In this document: in pieces, positions 1 to 9,896 of the stretch
Numbering within the stretch: position 1 is the first letter of the stretch
Layout of the letters: the number at the start of each line of letters is the position of its first letter
Source of the DNA: a virus
Taxonomy: Duplodnaviria; Heunggongvirae; Uroviricota; Caudoviricetes
DNA length: 45,329 nucleotides
Virus record (IMG/VR): IMGVR_UViG_2541047734_000008
Coordinates: 1 to 45,329 of that record
Reading direction: 5' to 3' (one strand)
Made by a program: the position numbers and the translations under genes
The notes under the pieces: generated by a model
Database searches by the model: none
The model's input: the letters and a program-made list of their open reading frames with translations, nothing else
What the model was told of the DNA's origin: nothing

Positions 1-996
1 CTGTGTGGTCAGGTACGCATTACAGGTGATGCGCGGCTCCGTGCCGCCAAAGCCGTCCGGCACTGACTGGTCGCAGTACTGGCCGATGACATACAGCGCC
101 CATTTATCCACATCCGCCGCACCAAGACGTTTCCCCATGCCGTAGCGCGGATGGGTCAGCATATCCCACAGACACCAGGCCATGTTGTTGCTGTATGCTG
201 GCTTAAACGTTCCGTCCCAGATACCGCTGTATTGCCGCGTCTGCGGGTTATAATTCGACGGCACCTGCAGAATACGCCCGCGCAGATGATAATTACGGCT
301 CACCTGCTGGCTGCCGAACTGCTCCGAATCCACCTGCACGCCGACCAGTGCCGTGTTCGGGTAGCACTGTTTCACATCGATGATTTCGGTGTATGACGAC
401 CAGAGCGTTTTGTTCTGCAGCTGGTCTGTGGTGCTGTCCGGCGTCATCCTGCGCATCCGTATATTGAACGGGCGCGGCGGCAGGTTATCCACCACCACCG
501 AGGCCAGATACTGCGAGGTGGTTTTGCCCTTAATGGTGATGTCTTTTTCCGTCACCCAGCCACCGTTACGCTGTATCTGAACCAGCAGACGGACTTCCGA
601 CGGATTCCGGTCCCCCTTTGAGGTGGTTTCCACCAGTGCCTGCACACCGAAGGTAAAGCGCAGACGGTCGATGTTTGCCGACGTGATGGTGCGGGTGATC
701 GGCGTGTCGTATTTCACTTCCGTACCCAGCACCGTCTCGGAGCCGGAGGATTCAAAACCCTCAGGCGGTGTCTGCTCCTGCTCACCTGCCCGGAACACCA
801 CCGTGACGCCGGAGATATTGGTATTCCCCTCACTGTCCAGCACCGGCGTACTGTTCAGCAGCACGCTTTTTAATCCATCCACCGGACCTTCAACCGGCCC
901 TTCGCTGATGGCATCGATCACACTCAGCAGTTGCGTGGATTTCAGGTTGTCCTTCGCTTCGCGCGGGGTATGCCCCTTACTGCTGCCTTTACCCAT
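1..996 (-). CDS. Host-specificity / central tail fibre protein J, N-terminal part (gene continues beyond window start)
   Basis: Minus-strand ATG at 996 preceded by GGAG; translation MGKGSSKGHTPREAKDNLKSTQLLSVIDAISEGP... stays open to position 1; lambda J-like N-terminus; lies after I in lambda order. Confidence 0.8.
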   Translation of the reverse strand, partial: MGKGSSKGHTPREAKDNLKSTQLLSVIDAISEGPVEGPVDGLKSVLLNSTPVLDSEGNTNISGVTVVFRAGEQEQTPPEGFESSGSETVLGTEVKYDTPITRTITSANIDRLRFTFGVQALVETTSKGDRNPSEVRLLVQIQRNGGWVTEKDITIKGKTTSQYLASVVVDNLPPRPFNIRMRRMTPDSTTDQLQNKTLWSSYTEIIDVKQCYPNTALVGVQVDSEQFGSQQVSRNYHLRGRILQVPSNYNPQTRQYSGIWDGTFKPAYSNNMAWCLWDMLTHPRYGMGKRLGAADVDKWALYVIGQYCDQSVPDGFGGTEPRITCNAYLTTQ

Positions 997-1056
997 TCGT
1001 CACGCTCCATAAACGACAAAACCGCCCGCAGGCGGTTTCACATAAAATGTTTTGCA

Positions 1057-1704
1057 TCAGCGACCAATCACCACAACCTGACCACCATCCCCTTCGTCTG
1101 CCGTGCTGATCTCCTGAGAGACCACCCGCGACCCCACGCGCATTTCACCGTACAGAACGGGCAGAACATTGCCCTGGGCAACCATGTTATCCAGTGAGGA
1201 GAAATAGGTGTTCTGTTTGCCGTTATCTGTACTGGCTGCCGTGGGCGTCCTGGCTTTCGGTGCCAGCATCTGCGCCACTCCGCCCAGGATCATACTGGCC
1301 CCTGCCGCATACATGCCCGATACAGTCGCGGCACCCAGCCAGCCCACAGGGTTCCACCATGCCACCGCAATCAGCGCCGCCCCCAGCACTGCCTGAAAAA
1401 TACCGCCACTTTTGGCACCCGCCAGACGCGGTACGATGTGGATCACGGCACCATTTTTCAGCGGCTCATTCAGACGGGCTGATAATTCGTTTTCACCTGT
1501 ATCACGCCCGGCAATCCGTATCTGATACCAGCCCTCATTCAGTTTCTGACGAAACGCCGGGAGCTGTGTGACCAGTGCCCGGATGGCTTCAGCCCCCGTT
1601 TTCACACGAAGGTCGATACGGCGACCAAATCGTTGCAAATCCCCGTAAAGGCAGATGCGTGCCATGCCCGGTGACGCCAGAGGGAGTGTGTGCGTCGCTG
1701 CCAT
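1057..1704 (-). CDS. Tail tip assembly protein I
   Basis: 215 aa ORF MAATHTLPLASPGMARICLYGDLQRFGRRIDL..., lambda gpI-like; overlaps the 3' end of K as in lambda. Confidence 0.85.
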   Translation of the reverse strand: MAATHTLPLASPGMARICLYGDLQRFGRRIDLRVKTGAEAIRALVTQLPAFRQKLNEGWYQIRIAGRDTGENELSARLNEPLKNGAVIHIVPRLAGAKSGGIFQAVLGAALIAVAWWNPVGWLGAATVSGMYAAGASMILGGVAQMLAPKARTPTAASTDNGKQNTYFSSLDNMVAQGNVLPVLYGEMRVGSRVVSQEISTADEGDGGQVVVIGR

Positions 1705-2225
1705 TTGTCGGTGTACCTCTCTCGTTTACTCAGTTGTTCAGGAATATGGTGCAGCAGCTCGCCGTCGCCACAGTAAATGGCGGCATGATTCGGCACCGAT
1801 GAACCAAAACAGCACAGCAGCACGTCGCCAGGCTGCGCCTCTGTCAGTGGGACACGGTAAAAACCCGTTGCCTCCATATTGTCAAGATAGAGATTCTGGC
1901 CGTGACGCCACCAGTCATCCCCGCGATGAAAATCCGGCATCTCAATTCCCGCCAGATGGTAAGCGTCCCGGAACAGCGTGTAACAGTCCGTCACCCCGTG
2001 CTCAAAGCGCCGCCCGGTGAGATGCGGCACACAGCGGAATTTATGAATCGCCCCCCGGCAGACCAGCCACCACGGCAAATCACTCTGCACCTGCAGCCGC
2101 CGGTCAGCCTCACTCAGCCAGGGCAGACCACCGGGGTGGCTGTGGACCAGCGCCACAATCTCACCCTGCATCTCTGCCCGCAGCCAGTCCTCCGGCGACA
2201 TCCGGAAATACGCCTCCGGCTCACC

Positions 2226-2233
2226 GGAGATAT
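2226..2233. repeat. 8-bp target-site duplication GGAGATAT (left copy) of the IS66-family element
   Basis: GGAGATAT directly abuts the IS terminus at 2226..2233 and again at 4766..4773. Confidence 0.8.
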
Positions 2234-2318
2234 GTAAGCGTAAACTGACCGCCGTATGTAGCCATCAGACGAGAATTGGTAACTTAGACGCCCATCTGAT
2301 ATAGACGGACATCTAAGT

Positions 2319-2744
2319 ATGGAATTACAGGACTGGCGAAAAGAACCTCGTAAAAACTATTCGAATGAATTCAAACTTCGTATGGTGGAACTGGCATCAC
2401 AACCTGGAGCTTGTGTTGCACAGATTGCACGTGAAAATGGCGTCAATGATAATGTTATTTTCAAATGGCTCAGGCTCTGGCAGAACGAAGGGCGTGTTTC
2501 GCGGCGTCTTCCGGTAACGACCTCTTCTGACACTGGCGTTGAATTATTACCTGTAGAAATAACGCCGGATGAGCAGAAAGAACCTGTGGCGGCCATTGCG
2601 CCGTCTTTATCCACTTCCACTCAGACCAGAGTCAGTGCCAGTTCCTGCAAGGTGGAATTCCGTCACGGTAACATGACGCTGGAAAATCCATCGCCAGAGC
2701 TGCTCACGGTGTTGATCCGTGAACTGACCGGGAGGGGAAGATGA
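2319..2744 (+). CDS. IS66-family accessory protein TnpA (orf1)
   Basis: 141 aa, MELQDWRKEPRKNYSNEFKLRMVELASQPGACVAQIARENGV... HTH-type; first ORF of an IS66 triad. Confidence 0.8.
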   Translation: MELQDWRKEPRKNYSNEFKLRMVELASQPGACVAQIARENGVNDNVIFKWLRLWQNEGRVSRRLPVTTSSDTGVELLPVEITPDEQKEPVAAIAPSLSTSTQTRVSASSCKVEFRHGNMTLENPSPELLTVLIRELTGRGR

Positions 2745-3091
2745 TCTCACTCCCATCAGGTACCCGTATCTGGCTCGTTGCCGGCGTTACCGATATGCGT
2801 AAATCCTTCAACGGACTGGGAGAACAGGTACAACATGTGCTGAATGATAATCCCTTCTCCGGTCACCTGTTTATCTTCCGTGGCCGACGGGGTGACACCG
2901 TCAAAATTCTTTGGGCTGATGCTGATGGTCTGTGCCTGTTCACCAAACGCCTGGAGGAAGGCCAGTTTATCTGGCCTGCGGTACGTGACGGCAAGGTATC
3001 CATTACCCGCTCGCAACTGGCAATGCTCCTCGATAAGCTGGACTGGCGTCAGCCAAAAACATCCAGCCGTAACTCACTGACAATGTTGTAA
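2741..3091 (+). CDS. IS66-family TnpB (orf2)
   Basis: 116 aa, overlaps orf1 stop (ATGA); MISLPSGTRIWLVAGVTDMRKSFNGL... typical IS66 Orf2. Confidence 0.8.
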   Translation: MISLPSGTRIWLVAGVTDMRKSFNGLGEQVQHVLNDNPFSGHLFIFRGRRGDTVKILWADADGLCLFTKRLEEGQFIWPAVRDGKVSITRSQLAMLLDKLDWRQPKTSSRNSLTML

Positions 3092-3121
3092 AAAACTCCT
3101 GACCGCATTATAAAAACGGTC

Positions 3122-4735
3122 ATGAGTCAGAAATACCTCATTCGCATCGCAGAGCTGGAAAGGTTGCTCTCTGAGCAGGCTGAAGCCCTCCGTCAGAAAG
3201 ACCAGCAACTGAGTCTGGTTGAAGAGACGGAAGCCTTCCTGCGCTCTGCACTGACACGTGCCGAAGAAAAGATCGAAGAAGATGAACGGGAAATAGAACA
3301 TCTGCGGGCTCAGATAGAAAAACTGCGCCGGATGCTGTTCGGTACCCGTTCTGAAAAACTGCGTCGTGAAGTTGAACTGGCTGAGGCTCTGCTGAAACAA
3401 CGTGAACAGGACAGCGATCGTTACAGTGGGCGGGAAGACGATCCTCAGGTTCCCCGCCAGTTGCGACAGTCGCGCCATCGTCGTCCGTTACCGGCACACC
3501 TTCCCCGTGAAATACACCGCCTGGAGCCAGAAGAAAGCTGTTGCCCGGAGTGTGGCGGTGAGCTGGATTATCTGGGGGAAGTCAGCGCTGAACAGCTGGA
3601 ACTGGTGAGCAGTGCCCTGAAAGTGATCCGCACAGAACGGGTAAAAAAAGCCTGTACAAAATGTGACTGTATTGTTGAAGCACCGGCGCCGTCCCGCCCG
3701 ATAGAGCGTGGTATCGCGGGCCCCGGATTACTTGCCCGCGTGTTAACGGGAAAATACTGCGAACATCTGCCACTGTATCGTCAGAGTGAAATCTTTGCCC
3801 GCCAGGGTGTCGAACTGAGCCGGGCCTTACTCTCCAACTGGGTTGACGCGTGCTGCCAGTTAATGACACCGGTGAATGATGCCCTGTACCGTTATGTAAT
3901 GAACACCCGCAAGGTTCACACTGATGACACACCGGTAAAGGTACTGGCACCGGGTCAGAAAAAGGCGAAAACAGGGCGTATCTGGACGTATGTCCGGGAT
4001 GATCGCAATGTGGGTTCGTCATCTCCTCCAGCGGTCTGGTTCGCGTACTCGCCGAACCGGCAGGGGAAACACCCGGAGCAACACCTCCGCCCCTTCCGGG
4101 GTATCCTGCAGGCGGATGCGTTCACAGGTTACGACAGGTTGTTCAGTGCAGAACGTGAAGGTGGTGCACTGACAGAAGTTGCGTGCTGGGCCCATGCCCG
4201 GCGAAAAATCCACGATGTATACATCAGCAGCAAAAGTGCGACGGCAGAAGAAGCCCTGAAGCGAATCAGTGAACTGTACGCCATCGAGGATGAAATACGG
4301 GGATTACCGGAGTCAGAGCGTCTTGCCGTCAGGCAGCAGCGAAGCAAAGTGTTACTGACGTCGCTGCATGAATGGATGGTGGAGAAGAATGGTACGCTGT
4401 CGAAAAAATCCAGACTGGGCGAAGCGTTCAGCTATGTACTGAATCAGTGGGATGCCCTCTGTTATTACAGTGATGACGGTCTGGCGGAGGCGGATAATAA
4501 TGCTGCGGAAAGAGCGCTTCGTGCAGTCTGTCTCGGAAAGAAAAACTTTATGTTCTTTGGCAGCGATCACGGCGGCGAGCGTGGAGCACTGTTGTACGGG
4601 CTGATCGGCACCTGCCGTCTGAACGGTATCGATCCGGAAGCGTATCTGCGCCATATCCTGAGCGTACTGCCGGAATGGCCTTCCAACCGAGTTGATGAAC
4701 TCCTGCCATGGAACGTAGTACTCACCAATAAATAA
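3122..4735 (+). CDS. IS66-family transposase (orf3)
   Basis: 537 aa with N-terminal coiled-coil/leucine-zipper, CxxC...CxxC zinc motif and DDE-type core; third ORF of the triad. Confidence 0.85.
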   Translation: MSQKYLIRIAELERLLSEQAEALRQKDQQLSLVEETEAFLRSALTRAEEKIEEDEREIEHLRAQIEKLRRMLFGTRSEKLRREVELAEALLKQREQDSDRYSGREDDPQVPRQLRQSRHRRPLPAHLPREIHRLEPEESCCPECGGELDYLGEVSAEQLELVSSALKVIRTERVKKACTKCDCIVEAPAPSRPIERGIAGPGLLARVLTGKYCEHLPLYRQSEIFARQGVELSRALLSNWVDACCQLMTPVNDALYRYVMNTRKVHTDDTPVKVLAPGQKKAKTGRIWTYVRDDRNVGSSSPPAVWFAYSPNRQGKHPEQHLRPFRGILQADAFTGYDRLFSAEREGGALTEVACWAHARRKIHDVYISSKSATAEEALKRISELYAIEDEIRGLPESERLAVRQQRSKVLLTSLHEWMVEKNGTLSKKSRLGEAFSYVLNQWDALCYYSDDGLAEADNNAAERALRAVCLGKKNFMFFGSDHGGERGALLYGLIGTCRLNGIDPEAYLRHILSVLPEWPSNRVDELLPWNVVLTNK

Positions 4736-4765
4736 GCGTCAATACGGTGCTCCGTTGACGCTTAC

Positions 4766-4773
4766 GGAGATAT
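4766..4773. repeat. 8-bp target-site duplication GGAGATAT (right copy)
   Basis: Identical 8-mer immediately outside the right IS terminus. Confidence 0.8.
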
Positions 4774-4890
4774 TCACGCAGGGAAAATATCTTTCCCCCT
4801 CCGGCGTTCTCACCACGAAGCCGCACGACTCTGCTGGCGCACATCGCCGGGCGTGCGCCAGAATCGCTGATTCTGTCTCTGTCATGGGAT

Positions 4891-5589
4891 TTACTGCGAA
4901 AGTTTGTTAATGGAAAGGAAGCCGCCAAAGTTGCCGACGTTATTGCGAAACTTACAGCCGCTCAGGCATTTGCTGCATTTATCCTTCGTGATATCGGACG
5001 TCGGCTGGTCATATTCATCCGCGACAGCCGGACCGTGATAACCGCACTCATCGCCGCGATAGGTCCAGGTGCAGGTGTTGGCCAGCATGATACGCCCCGG
5101 AAAAACAGCGCCATCCGTTTCCGTCGGCGTGGACAGTACAAAGGAGGCACTCACCGCGCTCAGTTCGCTGCACTGCTCGATGCGCCAGCGGCTGATCACC
5201 TCCTGCTCCGGATCGGCGTCTCTGTTTCCGTTGACGAAGTTCACCGCATCCAGAAAACGGGCGTAAACCTTACGCCTGACCACCGTTCCGCCGACCAGAC
5301 TCTGCAGATCTTCCGCCATCCCGGTGACCATGCCGTACAGATTAGAGACTTTAAGCGTTGGCCTTGCACTGGCTCCTTTGCCGTTCATCTCAAATCCGCT
5401 TCCCTGAATGGGATAAGCCTGATACTGCCGCCCCTGCCAGGTGACTGGTTCACCTTTTTCGTTCTGCTCATTACAGAAGAAATAACGATCTCCGCCGACC
5501 TCTGTCAGATCAATTTCCCAGAGCACGACCAGCGCGGATTGCTCCGTTTTAGTGCACTCATTGAGTGTTTCCTGCTGTATATCCTGCAT
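4891..5589 (-). CDS. Minor tail protein L
   Basis: 232 aa, MQDIQQETLNECTKTEQSALVVLWEIDLTEVGG..., lambda gpL-like; start overlaps M stop (ATGA). Confidence 0.85.
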   Translation of the reverse strand: MQDIQQETLNECTKTEQSALVVLWEIDLTEVGGDRYFFCNEQNEKGEPVTWQGRQYQAYPIQGSGFEMNGKGASARPTLKVSNLYGMVTGMAEDLQSLVGGTVVRRKVYARFLDAVNFVNGNRDADPEQEVISRWRIEQCSELSAVSASFVLSTPTETDGAVFPGRIMLANTCTWTYRGDECGYHGPAVADEYDQPTSDITKDKCSKCLSGCKFRNNVGNFGGFLSINKLSQ

Positions 5590-5945
5590 CAGTGAGTGAC
5601 CTCTTCAAAGGTACAGTTAAAATCGGTATACATGGCATTATCCGAAATGCTCCACTCCCTGCAGACAACCCGGACAGTCCTGTTGTGTTTTGGCGGACGC
5701 CACAAAAAAGCACGAATCCCGGCATGACGGGATAAAAAACTGTCCAGCGCGGCACGGGAATATTCATCTGTGACACGAAATACCGGTTTAAACGTTTTCA
5801 GATCCGCATTCAGACCACCAGCCCGTCGCTGTTCATATCCGTCACCAAACTTTACCGTAATAACTGATGGCTTTCGTGTCGTCTCCATCCCCTCACGGGG
5901 GATCCAGTTAAAAACTTCAGGCTCAGGCACTGTACAATCCTCCAT
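5589..5945 (-). CDS. Minor tail protein M
   Basis: Lambda gpM-like (..KFGDGYEQRRAGGLNADLKTF..); start placed at the second Met (MEDCTVPE..) to limit overlap with H; the ORF track starts at 5975. Confidence 0.7.
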   Translation of the reverse strand: MEDCTVPEPEVFNWIPREGMETTRKPSVITVKFGDGYEQRRAGGLNADLKTFKPVFRVTDEYSRAALDSFLSRHAGIRAFLWRPPKHNRTVRVVCREWSISDNAMYTDFNCTFEEVTH

Positions 5946-8900
5946 CCCGACGCGATGACTGCATAATTGACACAACCCTGCTGTCGATCAGATCCACCAG
6001 TCCCCTGGCTGAGCGCGCATCTATCTCGCCATTGCTCCCTTGATTCTGAATGCTGATGTGATACACGGGAGAATAAACAAATCCACCGCCACCATTCACA
6101 TTTCCAATGGCCCTGACCCCAAGAGAGCCGTCCGCTGCCCGTGTCAGTGGCATGATTGCTTCAGGCCCGGCCTCGCCCATCAACCCGGCACCTTTCGCAA
6201 AAGCAAAATACGTCGGTGTATCCACAATAGTGTTACTGTAAGCACTCAGATTTGCCGATGTGTAAACACCACCTTTTGCGTTTGCCACTGCACCGGAAAG
6301 CCAGTCGCCGACTGTACCAAGCCATCCTCCGGCACCGGACATGCTTTTGGAAAGTGACTTCAGCCCGTTAACGATGGCAGCGTTCATCAGAATTTTTGAA
6401 ACTTCCTGGAGAATTGAACTCCCCCAGTTTCTCCAGTCCACAACATTTCCGGCCAGTGCATCGGAAATATTTGATACCAGCCCGTCCATCGTGGAAACGA
6501 CAGCATCTGCCGCCTGTGAAGCATAATCGGTGGCACTGTCTGCCCAGTTGGTCAGTCCCTCCTGGAGTCCGGCATTCCAGTTATTACGTAAAGCATCGGC
6601 CTTTGCATAATAATTCTGCTGATCGCTGAGACGCTCTTCCAGATATTTTTTATTCAGTTCTTTCTCCTGTTTCCACAGGGCTTCTTCAATTTCTCCGGCC
6701 TGATACTGTCTCAGCAGCTCGTTATTTTTCTGCTCAAACGCCTGCCGGATACTCCACATTTCCTGGAGTCGTTCACGCATCCGTGAGCCTTCACCATATC
6801 CCAACAACTGCGCTTCGTCAGATGCCCGGGCACTGGCATTACTGTCCGCCAGACTGCTCTCATACGCAGCAAGCTGCTCACGAATCTTTTTCTGGTCGAT
6901 GAGTGCTGCATTCTGCAAAAGCGTTTTTTTCTGCGCTTCTGACAGGGTTGATAATTCGCCCTGACTGACCTGATATTTCATCTTAGCCAGTTCAGTATTC
7001 TGCCCTGCCAGTGCTATTTGTTCTTTTTGCTGTTTAATCAGCCGTTTATAAATATCTTCTGTTTTTTCCGCTTCGGTCTTTTTATGCGCTTTGGGTTTAT
7101 TTGCCTGGTTATTTCGCCAGGCATCCAGTGAGTTATTGATATAATTCTGCCTGGCTGTCTGATACGCCTCTCCCACAAAGCCGAGATCATCCGCAGCATA
7201 ACCCAAGCGGGCACGCTCACGGGCTTCCCCCTTCAGGCGGGACAGAGCCAGTTCGCGCTCGCTGTTATTCAGTGCAGTCTGCTGTTTATCATCCAGGGTT
7301 GCCTGTGGTAGCCGTAACGGTACATTCACCAGCCCCTGTCGCTGCTGAAGTAATTCATTACCGAGCCCGAGAAGGCGATTAAACTCGGTATGCTGCCCAT
7401 TCATGATCAACAGGGACTGATACGCTTTGTTTTGTTCCGCGGCCTGTTGACGGATCAACGCCACCCGTCGCTCCTCCAGCCCGGCAAGCACATCCTGAAT
7501 GGATTGCGCTTTGCCCTGCATTTGTGTGAGACGGGACTGTTCAACTGCCAGTTGATTTGTTGCTTCTGCAAGCCCTTCTGTGACAGTTTTTACCGACGTC
7601 ATGTGGTTAATCATAAAACCGTTATCGGTTGTCCAGCCCGGGTTTGCCAGCACATACTGATAGCCAGCAATTTTTTCCTGTAAGGATTTAATCTTACTTT
7701 TCTGCTCGTCAATTAACCTGTTTTGCTCATCAAGTGCCTGCCGCGTCATTTCCTCATTATCTGACGCTTCAGGAAGCGACATTGCCGACGTTTTCTGGCG
7801 AATTTCGTCGATTGTTGCGGCATACTGGCGTGCAGATTCTCTGGCCTGCTCCTGATTCTGATACATCGTGTACCAGGCCGTCGCCCCCAGCATGACGAGT
7901 CCCGGCACACCACCAACCAACCCCAGCGCACCACTTAACAGACGACTCCCCACTGACGTGACAGTATTCAGCGTTGTCTGTGCCGCTGTTCTGGCCGCAA
8001 TATTACGGGTAAGTGACGCCTGGGCAGCTGTCAGCTTCGCTTCTGCTGCGGCCTGCCTTTCGGTACCGCGAGCAGCAACAACCGCCTGTTGCGCACGATA
8101 AACCGCCGCACGCGCCCTGGCGGTTGCTATCTGTGTCCCCCGAAGTTGCGCTTCAGCAAGAGCCACTTCGTTTCTGGCTGCAGTAATTAATCCGGCAGTT
8201 GCAGATCCAGCAGACGACGCCATATTGCCAAAATATCGGGCTACCCCGACGGCAACCAGTGCGCCAGCTGCAGCAGCCACGGTATCAATATTGTCTGCAA
8301 CACCATTCAACACCCCGGTGAGTGTCTTTGTCACTCCGCTTGCCTCGTTCGCACCACCAACCCAGGCCATAAAGGCGTTTTCAACTTTGGTTGCAGAGGA
8401 TGAAACAGTATCAGGCATTGCTGCATATTCATCACGCAACGCCCCAAGCTGACTAATCAGTGCAGGAACAACCTTATCGGCGGTCAGTTTTCCGTTATCC
8501 GCCATGGCCTTCAGATCCTTACGGGCAACACCCATTCCCGCAGCCAGCGCACGAATAACACGATCGCCGTTCTCATTCACAGAGTTAAATTCTTCACCGC
8601 GCAGCACTCCCTGCGCCAGTGCCTGACTGAACTGCGTGATCACCGAACTGGCTTCTGCTGTACTGGCACCGGATAATTTCAGGCCCGTGGAGATCGCCTC
8701 GGTGACTTTCAGTACCTCCTCAGAACTGTAGCCATACTCCCGCATGGAAGCTGCAGAGCGGGCAAAAAGGCTGGCGTTATCAGAAAACGCCGTTCCCGTT
8801 CTCTGGCTGATTGCCATTAATTCACGTTGTGATACCTGAAAATCATCACTGGACTGTGAAGCCTGCTTCAGACGGGCATTTACTGAATTCCACTCATCGG

Positions 8901-9168
8901 CGAGAGAAATAAGATGACCGGTAGCAAAAGCTCCGGCAAATGCCCCCGCCATATTCAGTGCCGAAGATTTAGCTGTATTTATCTGATCCGTCACTTCTGC
9001 CAGTGCACGCCGCATTTCACGGGATGCAGCAGCGGACTGCCGGCCTCCGTTCTGCATGGTACGGTAGTAATCCTGCCCCATACGCGAAGCCCGGGAGATC
9101 TCTGACTGGAATGACCGGGAATTTGCCGAGATTTTAATAATCAGTTCACGTAATGTCGCCACACTCAT
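5923..9168 (-). CDS. Tail tape measure protein (gpH-like)
   Basis: 1081 aa, Ala/Gln-rich coiled-coil centre, positioned between GT and M. Confidence 0.85.
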   Translation of the reverse strand: MSVATLRELIIKISANSRSFQSEISRASRMGQDYYRTMQNGGRQSAAASREMRRALAEVTDQINTAKSSALNMAGAFAGAFATGHLISLADEWNSVNARLKQASQSSDDFQVSQRELMAISQRTGTAFSDNASLFARSAASMREYGYSSEEVLKVTEAISTGLKLSGASTAEASSVITQFSQALAQGVLRGEEFNSVNENGDRVIRALAAGMGVARKDLKAMADNGKLTADKVVPALISQLGALRDEYAAMPDTVSSSATKVENAFMAWVGGANEASGVTKTLTGVLNGVADNIDTVAAAAGALVAVGVARYFGNMASSAGSATAGLITAARNEVALAEAQLRGTQIATARARAAVYRAQQAVVAARGTERQAAAEAKLTAAQASLTRNIAARTAAQTTLNTVTSVGSRLLSGALGLVGGVPGLVMLGATAWYTMYQNQEQARESARQYAATIDEIRQKTSAMSLPEASDNEEMTRQALDEQNRLIDEQKSKIKSLQEKIAGYQYVLANPGWTTDNGFMINHMTSVKTVTEGLAEATNQLAVEQSRLTQMQGKAQSIQDVLAGLEERRVALIRQQAAEQNKAYQSLLIMNGQHTEFNRLLGLGNELLQQRQGLVNVPLRLPQATLDDKQQTALNNSERELALSRLKGEARERARLGYAADDLGFVGEAYQTARQNYINNSLDAWRNNQANKPKAHKKTEAEKTEDIYKRLIKQQKEQIALAGQNTELAKMKYQVSQGELSTLSEAQKKTLLQNAALIDQKKIREQLAAYESSLADSNASARASDEAQLLGYGEGSRMRERLQEMWSIRQAFEQKNNELLRQYQAGEIEEALWKQEKELNKKYLEERLSDQQNYYAKADALRNNWNAGLQEGLTNWADSATDYASQAADAVVSTMDGLVSNISDALAGNVVDWRNWGSSILQEVSKILMNAAIVNGLKSLSKSMSGAGGWLGTVGDWLSGAVANAKGGVYTSANLSAYSNTIVDTPTYFAFAKGAGLMGEAGPEAIMPLTRAADGSLGVRAIGNVNGGGGFVYSPVYHISIQNQGSNGEIDARSARGLVDLIDSRVVSIMQSSRRDGGLYSA

Positions 9169-9176
9169 TCTCCGGA

Positions 9177-9199
9177 CGAAAAAAACCGCCGAAGCGGTT
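9177..9199 (-). terminator. Candidate intrinsic terminator between T and H
   Basis: Minus strand AACCGC-TTCG-GCGGTT hairpin followed by T7, then GGAGA and the H start codon. Confidence 0.45.
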
Positions 9200-9207
9200 A
9201 TGTTGAC

Positions 9208-9896
9208 TCACTGAGACACTATTAAAAGCGCGTTTTCCAGTCCGGCAAATGGATCTGAGACGCCTTCTGTCTGCTCTTGTTCCCACTGAAGAAGCGCATC
9301 ATTCAGTGGGACTTTGACACCCTGCGCACCGTAAACCGCAGAAACTATCTGGGCAGCCCGGATATCAGCCCGCTCGTCACCCAGCGGGCTGAACCTGTCA
9401 AATTCTGCCCACATCATGATTTCTGATGCGGACATTTCCCGGCGTAACTCTGACAATGTGCGCCCGATCCTGAGCGCCAGCATCATCAGAAAACGCATCC
9501 CCGGAAGCTCTACTTTTTTTTAACCTCGCCGGCATCACTGATCAGTTCCAGAGACTGCCGAAGAAGCCGCGCATGCACCGGGCCATACACGGCAATCACC
9601 TGTTCACGATCATCCTCTGAAAATACAGGTTGCAGTCCGGTATCACACAGAACATCAATGAACAGTTCAACATCTGCCTCCAGATTTCGGCGGGCGCGCT
9701 CCGCAACGGATAACGGTGTCTCATCATCTTTTGCTTTAACGATCTCCTGCCAGCGCAACCAGGCTTCTGCAGAAGGTTCCCGTAATACAACCGTTGCCCC
9801 TTCCCATTCAGGCACATCAACAGTTTTATGGCGAAACCCCGACATCGTTGCCAGTGCCAGATTGCGGATATTTTTAGTCATCACATCTATCCTCAT
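9208..9896 (-). CDS. Tail assembly chaperone G and -1 frameshift product GT (G = 9510..9896; T extension 9208 to about 9520)
   Basis: G (128 aa) ends ..GEVKKK* on an A8G run; the 96 aa ORF 9208..9498 lies in the -1 frame and is open across the slippery run; position upstream of tape measure. Confidence 0.75.
9513..9521 (-). other. Programmed -1 ribosomal frameshift slippery site (minus strand A AAA AAG) for G to GT
   Basis: Eight T on plus strand at 9514..9521 (eight A on the coding strand) immediately before the G stop codon TAG; the -1 frame continues into the T ORF. Confidence 0.65.

Larger units (their letters stand above)
2234..4765 (+). mobile_element. IS66-family insertion sequence (about 2.53 kb, three ORFs) with imperfect terminal inverted repeats
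   Basis: Left end GTAAGCGTAAACTGACCGCCGTA (2234..); right end reverse complement GTAAGCGTCAACGGAGCACCGTA (..4765); contains tnpA/tnpB/transposase ORFs in IS66 order. Confidence 0.85.
1602..4885 (-). pseudogene. Tail assembly protein K (MPN/JAMM + NlpC/P60 type) interrupted by an IS66-family insertion; segments 1602..2233 and 4766..4885
   Basis: The 199 aa ORF has its HSHP motif near the N-terminus and its frame stays open upstream into the IS end. Across the IS the frame resumes at 4774..4885 (MTETESAILAHARRCAPAECGFVVRTPEGGKYFPCVN) and joins ISGEPEAYFRMSPEDWL.... ATG at 4885 follows the L stop at 4891. Confidence 0.8.

Noticed and set aside
623-1197. Plus-strand ORFs (129 aa, 88 aa) at the window start
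   Set aside because: Antisense to the J and I coding regions; Ser/Thr/Pro-rich chance frames in GC-rich DNA.
4722-4928. 68 aa minus-strand ORF overlapping the IS66 right end
   Set aside because: It is the 5' part of tail gene K read through into the IS terminus, not an independent gene.
6040-8452. Several plus-strand ORFs inside the tape measure region
   Set aside because: All lie antisense within the 1081 aa tape measure gene, with no RBS or family resemblance.
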